Assembly (NCBI GenBank): GCA_039630545.1
Contig: JBCNUU010000001.1
Span: 131,802 to 195,801, forward strand
Direction: 5' to 3'
DNA length: 64,000 nucleotides
Source: Endomicrobiia bacterium
Lineage (GTDB): Bacteria > Elusimicrobiota > Endomicrobiia > DTEH01
Under the pieces are notes generated by a model. That model made no database searches. It was given only the letters and a program-made list of their open reading frames with translations, and had not been told where the DNA came from. The position numbers were made by a program, and so were the translations under genes. Of the stretch, positions 57,362 through 64,000 are shown in pieces (the first letter of the stretch is position 1; every line of letters begins with the position of its first letter).

Positions 57362-58951
57362 ATGTCTAAGCAATACTTAATTAGTTTTTTTTTGAATTTA
57401 TTGTCAGGTATTCTTTTCTTTTTATCTTTTCCTAAATTTGGTCATGGTATTTTTGCTTGGTTTTGTTTTGTTCCGTCTTTACTTGTACTATTTTATTTAA
57501 AAAATACCCAGGTAAGTTTGAAAAAAATATTTCTTTTAGGTGTAGCATTTGGTATAGCTGGATATTGCGGATTACTTTATTGGATTGTTCCTACCTTTGT
57601 TGTAGCTGGAGAAAATGTTATTTTTGGTGTTATTGCAGTGATTTTGCTTAGCTTATATTGTAGCTTATATTATAGTTTATTTTATATTTTTTCGTTTTAT
57701 GTTCAAAAAATAAATTTATTTTTTTATTCTCTATTGTTATCTTGTTTGTGGATTTTGCTTGAATATTTAAAAAGTTTTCTTTTCAGTGGATTTCCATGGA
57801 TGTTGCTGGGATATTCACAATATGAGAATCTAAAAATGATACAGATTGCAGAATATTTTGGTGTATACGGAGTTAGTTTTATTTTGATATTTTTTAATGT
57901 TTTTTTAACGAGAGCTCTATATGAATTATTTTTGAAAAAGAAGTTTTTAGAATTCATTTTTAGAATATCTTTGTTGTCTTTTTTCATTTTATTAGTCAAT
58001 ATATATGGCCACAATAGAATAAAAACAATCAATGAAAAAATAAAAAAAATTAACAATAAACTTACAGTAGCTATTCTGCAGGGAAACATTGATCAGTATA
58101 AAAAGTGGGACAGACAATATATAGATTATATTATGAATACATATTCGGAACTCGTTTTTTTATCTCATAAAGAAATAGAAGAAAAAAAACATAATTTAGT
58201 ACTTTATATCTGGCCTGAGAGTTCAGCACCAGGATGTGTACTGCAAGAAGATTACTTATATAACTGGATAGTGTCTCTTGTAAAGTTAACAAATACTAAA
58301 AAAATTATTTCATACCATCTAGTTGGAAGTATAAGAAAAGGAAATAAGAAAGATGAGTACTATAACTCAGCCATGTTATTTGAATTTAAAAATTCTAAAG
58401 TAATAGTTAGACAGATATATGATAAAATTCATTTGGTTCCATTTGGAGAATATGTGCCTTTAAGAAGTGTTTTAGGCAAATTTATAAGTACTGTAAATGA
58501 ACTTGGTGAATTTACAGAAGGGAAGAGAAATGTTGTTTTTAGGTTAAATGCTAAAGAAATGAGATTTTCTACTCTTATTTGTTATGAAAGTGTTTTTCCA
58601 GAGTTAACTAAAAAATTTGTTATTAATGGAGCTAAATTTTTAGTTAATATTACTAATGATGCATGGTTTCTTAAAACATCAGCTCCTTATCAACATTTTA
58701 TTTTTAATATATTTAGAGCAATAGAAAATAGGTGCTACTTGATTAGAGCAGCTAACACAGGAATTTCTTCTATAATTTATCCAACTGGTTATGTTTATAA
58801 AAAAACTAATTTATTTGAAACAACAAAAATTGTAGATGTTATTAATATCTACCATGAAGATACTTTTTATACTAAATATGGTGAATATTTGTGGCTAATG
58901 TATTTAGCTGGGTTTTTATTATTAACCATTTTTCTTTATAAAAAAACATGA
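57362..58951 (+). CDS. lnt: Apolipoprotein N-acyltransferase
   Basis: N-terminal polytopic membrane domain followed by a CN-hydrolase domain. Catalytic triad contexts include WPES and LICYESVFPE. Confidence 0.85.
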   Translation: MSKQYLISFFLNLLSGILFFLSFPKFGHGIFAWFCFVPSLLVLFYLKNTQVSLKKIFLLGVAFGIAGYCGLLYWIVPTFVVAGENVIFGVIAVILLSLYCSLYYSLFYIFSFYVQKINLFFYSLLLSCLWILLEYLKSFLFSGFPWMLLGYSQYENLKMIQIAEYFGVYGVSFILIFFNVFLTRALYELFLKKKFLEFIFRISLLSFFILLVNIYGHNRIKTINEKIKKINNKLTVAILQGNIDQYKKWDRQYIDYIMNTYSELVFLSHKEIEEKKHNLVLYIWPESSAPGCVLQEDYLYNWIVSLVKLTNTKKIISYHLVGSIRKGNKKDEYYNSAMLFEFKNSKVIVRQIYDKIHLVPFGEYVPLRSVLGKFISTVNELGEFTEGKRNVVFRLNAKEMRFSTLICYESVFPELTKKFVINGAKFLVNITNDAWFLKTSAPYQHFIFNIFRAIENRCYLIRAANTGISSIIYPTGYVYKKTNLFETTKIVDVINIYHEDTFYTKYGEYLWLMYLAGFLLLTIFLYKKT

Positions 58952-59691
58952 AGGTTCAACTCACATTAATCTCAATATCTGCCCTAGCTTGGATATATTT
59001 CAATAAGATTATTAAATCTGACATGTTTGTTTTTAGATGATGTCCAGTATAAAAAATGGATGGCAAAATAGAAACAAAATAAAATCTTCAAAATAGAAAA
59101 ACTCCTTAATGTATATTTAGGAATTAAAAGGAAAGTAATAAGTTTTCATCTCTTAAAGTAGAAAACTAAAAAAACTTTAAAATTAGTAAATACATGTAAA
59201 AGTCTTTCTTCTTGCATATATATTTCAGTAAGCGCTGTTAAAGGAATGTTTAGTTTTGGATAAATTCAAAAGATACAATATAGATGTATTTTTTCAAAAT
59301 TATACTACTTCAGTATATTCTTAGCTTTATAGAGAGTTTATACCAAATCTTTCTATAATAGAGATGATTTTTAATGTAAGAAAAGAAGAAACTCTTAAAT
59401 ATTATAAGCATATGATACAGCATTTAAAACTTTAAATTGTAGAATGAATTTTTTTCTTTATAAAAGCATAAAATAAATCTTAAAATCAGCTCAACTTTCC
59501 GAAGAAGAATTTGTAAATGGATTTGGGGAACTGTTATGTAAATTTTTTCAAAACAAAATATAGCATATGTGTTTCTTAAGAAAGCGTAGATTTATATTTA
59601 GCACTTTAAAGTTTAAGTATAGGAAAAAGTTGTGATGTGATAATCTCTTCTTATAGTTGCTTTTGGCAGTTATTAATAGTGTTCTTTAAAC

Positions 59692-59910
59692 TAGCGAAAT
59701 CCTATAATTGCTAATTGTGAATATGGACACCTTACTTATTTGGATATCCAACTGAAGATATTAGATTTAGGAATTCCAGTAATAGAAGATACTGCTCAAA
59801 TTAAATTGTCAGTACAAAAATTAATGGAAAGTTTGTAGTTAATTTTGGAGTAATAAATACGATTTTTTTTATGCAACTAAAATGTTTACGACTTTTGGAG
59901 AAGGTGATGC
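59692..59910 (+). pseudogene. Possible decayed fragment of a DegT/DnrJ/EryC1-type PLP aminotransferase gene inside a 1.26-kb ORF-free gap
   Basis: Frame beginning 59701 translates to ...CEYGHLTYLDIQLKILDLGIPVIEDTAQ..., resembling the conserved (L/I)P(V)IEDAAQA region. A second frame (59891 onward) gives TTFGEGDAFLTN, reminiscent of the downstream G-x-GD...FSF segment. Frames are interrupted by stops. Confidence 0.25.
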
Positions 59911-60574
59911 TTTTTTAACCAATTATTAAAAAATATGAATTTATAAAAGACATAAAGAGTTATGACAAAAAATATAGTTTTTTTGTGTACAGGATGATTT
60001 TAAAATATCAAAAATTCAAGCACTTAAGAGATTAATTCAACTTAAAAATATCTATATAATAAAAAAAGAAAAAATTTTTTTAATGCTACAAAAATAGATT
60101 TAAAAATTGTAATAATATAAAAATATTCACTTTGTTGAGTAATATAGAAACAGTATTTTACAGATTTAAATTATAGAAAACAAAAAACATATAAAGTAGT
60201 TGAATATAAAAAGTGACGGAATCAGTGTATCTTCCTTTATATAAATATTATTCAGACAGTATAGAGTTTTCTGGAAACATTCCAAGAAGAAACACCCAAA
60301 TATGCAATACTGCACCTCTTGCATTATTAGTTCAAATATTTACTACTTTAGTAGTAGTATTTTTTGAATTTAAAATCACAACTTTACCTATTGGGTTTTC
60401 TATTGAAAAAAGTTCTGTGGGTTTAATTTTGTTAGTAAGTTTCTGTACAGGTTTTTATTCAATAATTATAAGATACGCCTGTATAAATAATTTTGTTGCT
60501 TCTTTGATACTATTTCAAGTTTTTTTAATTTTTTGTATAATATCACTGATAATGTACGCTGGGAGAGAAAAGAC

Positions 60575-61102
60575 ATGAAAAAGAAATGTCTTAAAATAAC
60601 TGCTATACTAGTTTTAATTTTTTCATTATTGATTTCTAATTTATTTTCTTCTTCATGGAGTTCATCTAAAAACAATTCCTGTGTAATAGTTAAGGAAATT
60701 CATGAACAAGAAGATGTGGATTCCTTAGTTTTTACTTCAAAAAGAAAAGTTTTAACTAAAAAATCTCCTTTTGTAGCCTTGTTTTTAGCTTTGGTTCCTG
60801 GATTTTTCATTCATGGTCTTGGACATTTTTATGCTGGCAAACCGTTGATAGGTAGTGTATTGCTAATATGTGGTGTGGTAGGCACTGTAATGTTAATTAC
60901 AGGGATAGTAATGGTATGGTTTTCGGGTGCTATTTTAAGTCCCGGAATTATAGTTTCTATTTTAACAGGAACAAATATTTTTGTTTCCGAAACTGTGACA
61001 GGAATGGTTTTAGGTGTAGAATTAATTAAGTATGGAAGTATTTTGTTTATTGGAAGTTGGTGGATAGATATAATAGGTGCCTATTCATTGTGGGTTATAT
61101 AA
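60575..61102 (+). CDS. Small membrane protein with signal peptide and three predicted TM helices
   Basis: ATG at 60575 with GGGAGAG 8 nt upstream. Signal-like MKKKCLKITAILVLIFSLLISNLFS. Gly-rich TM helices. Confidence 0.45.
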   Translation: MKKKCLKITAILVLIFSLLISNLFSSSWSSSKNNSCVIVKEIHEQEDVDSLVFTSKRKVLTKKSPFVALFLALVPGFFIHGLGHFYAGKPLIGSVLLICGVVGTVMLITGIVMVWFSGAILSPGIIVSILTGTNIFVSETVTGMVLGVELIKYGSILFIGSWWIDIIGAYSLWVI

Positions 61103-61189
61103 CAGGAAAATAGATACTCAACCAATAAAAACTGACTATTCTATGCCGTTGCTTCTAGTAAAATTTTAAATCTACAGGAGGACAAATTT

Positions 61190-61651
61190 ATGTGCGCTAA
61201 AATTTATGAGGGTAAACTCACAGGTAAAGACAAAAAAATATGTATAGTGGTTTCAAGGTTTAATGATTTTATCACTAAAAATATGTTAGAAGGAGCCATT
61301 GATACTTTAATAAGACATGAAGTAAAACAGGATGACATAGATATTGTCTGGGTACCAGGGAGTTTTGAAATTCCTTATATATGTAAACGGATAGCTTTAA
61401 GCAAAAAATATGATGGGATTATAACAATTGGTGCTATAATAAAAGGTGATACTTCTCATAATGAGTATATAGCTACTGAAGTAACAAAAGGTATAGCACA
61501 GGTGATGTTAGAAACAAATGTCCCTATTGCTTATGGAATAATTACACCTGATAACTTAGAACAGGCAATTGAGAGAGCTGGAACCAAGCATGGTAACAAA
61601 GGTTCCCAGGCAGCTTTAACACTTTTAGAACTTATAAATTTAAATATTTGA
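61190..61651 (+). CDS. ribH: 6,7-dimethyl-8-ribityllumazine synthase
   Basis: Colinear with RibH (KICIVVSRFNDFIT, VWVPGSFEIP, TNVPIAYGIIT). 153 aa. Confidence 0.9.
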   Translation: MCAKIYEGKLTGKDKKICIVVSRFNDFITKNMLEGAIDTLIRHEVKQDDIDIVWVPGSFEIPYICKRIALSKKYDGIITIGAIIKGDTSHNEYIATEVTKGIAQVMLETNVPIAYGIITPDNLEQAIERAGTKHGNKGSQAALTLLELINLNI

Positions 61652-61664
61652 AAAAAATAGATAA

Positions 61665-64000
<2,336 letters not shown>

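Noticed and set aside
60213-60578. 121-aa hydrophobic ORF at the end of the second gap
   Set aside because: It starts with GTG, has no RBS, and lies in decayed AT-rich sequence where Phe/Ile/Leu-rich spurious ORFs are expected. It overlaps the better-supported 60575 start of the next ORF. Kept only as a mention.

Overview
This is a densely packed, very AT-rich bacterial chromosomal window. Almost every gene is on the + strand. Lnt, SecA, an LpoB-like lipoprotein and a beta-barrel outer-membrane protein point to a Gram-negative (diderm) organism. The content is core housekeeping. In order it holds: a MalK-like ABC ATPase (5' truncated by the window edge), a regulatory cluster (histidine kinase, receiver, GGDEF, a compact sigma-54), and an ECF-sigma / outer-membrane protein / ZAS anti-sigma / secreted repeat-protein module. 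Then come tRNA-Lys(CTT), nucleotide metabolism (nrdJ class II RNR, dcd, a CBS-less IMPDH-family protein, guaA), phosphomannomutase, Hsp20, BioY, a DNA-repair trio (uvrA, an SPL-like radical SAM protein, rmuC), trpA, argH, lysA-dapF-dapA, tRNA-Pro(GGG), rpiB and deoC. After these are a second GGDEF, pilT, a two-gene pair with a DnaA-domain-III paralog, and proS-rimP-nusA-infB-rbfA-nrnA-ribF. The rest is an EF-G paralog, envelope genes (epimerase, two O-antigen-ligase/TPR paralogs), recR, cspA, secA, lnt, ribH-nusB and the start of ligA. I found no CRISPR array, IS element, prophage or obvious defence island. The points most worth a second look are: (i) a protein carrying a near-canonical DnaA AAA+ domain but no DnaA DNA-binding domain, co-operonic with pilT and with an upstream protein that appears to share its C-terminal domain; (ii) an NrdR-box-like perfect inverted repeat over the nrdJ promoter; (iii) two long (>1.2 kb) ORF-free AT-rich gaps in an otherwise tightly coupled genome, one carrying what look like decayed aminotransferase fragments; (iv) perfect 39-nt tandem repeats inside a secreted proline-rich protein downstream of the ECF/anti-sigma pair; and (v) several hairpins in regulatory positions. 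All calls come from reading the sequence and the translations; no database search was possible.
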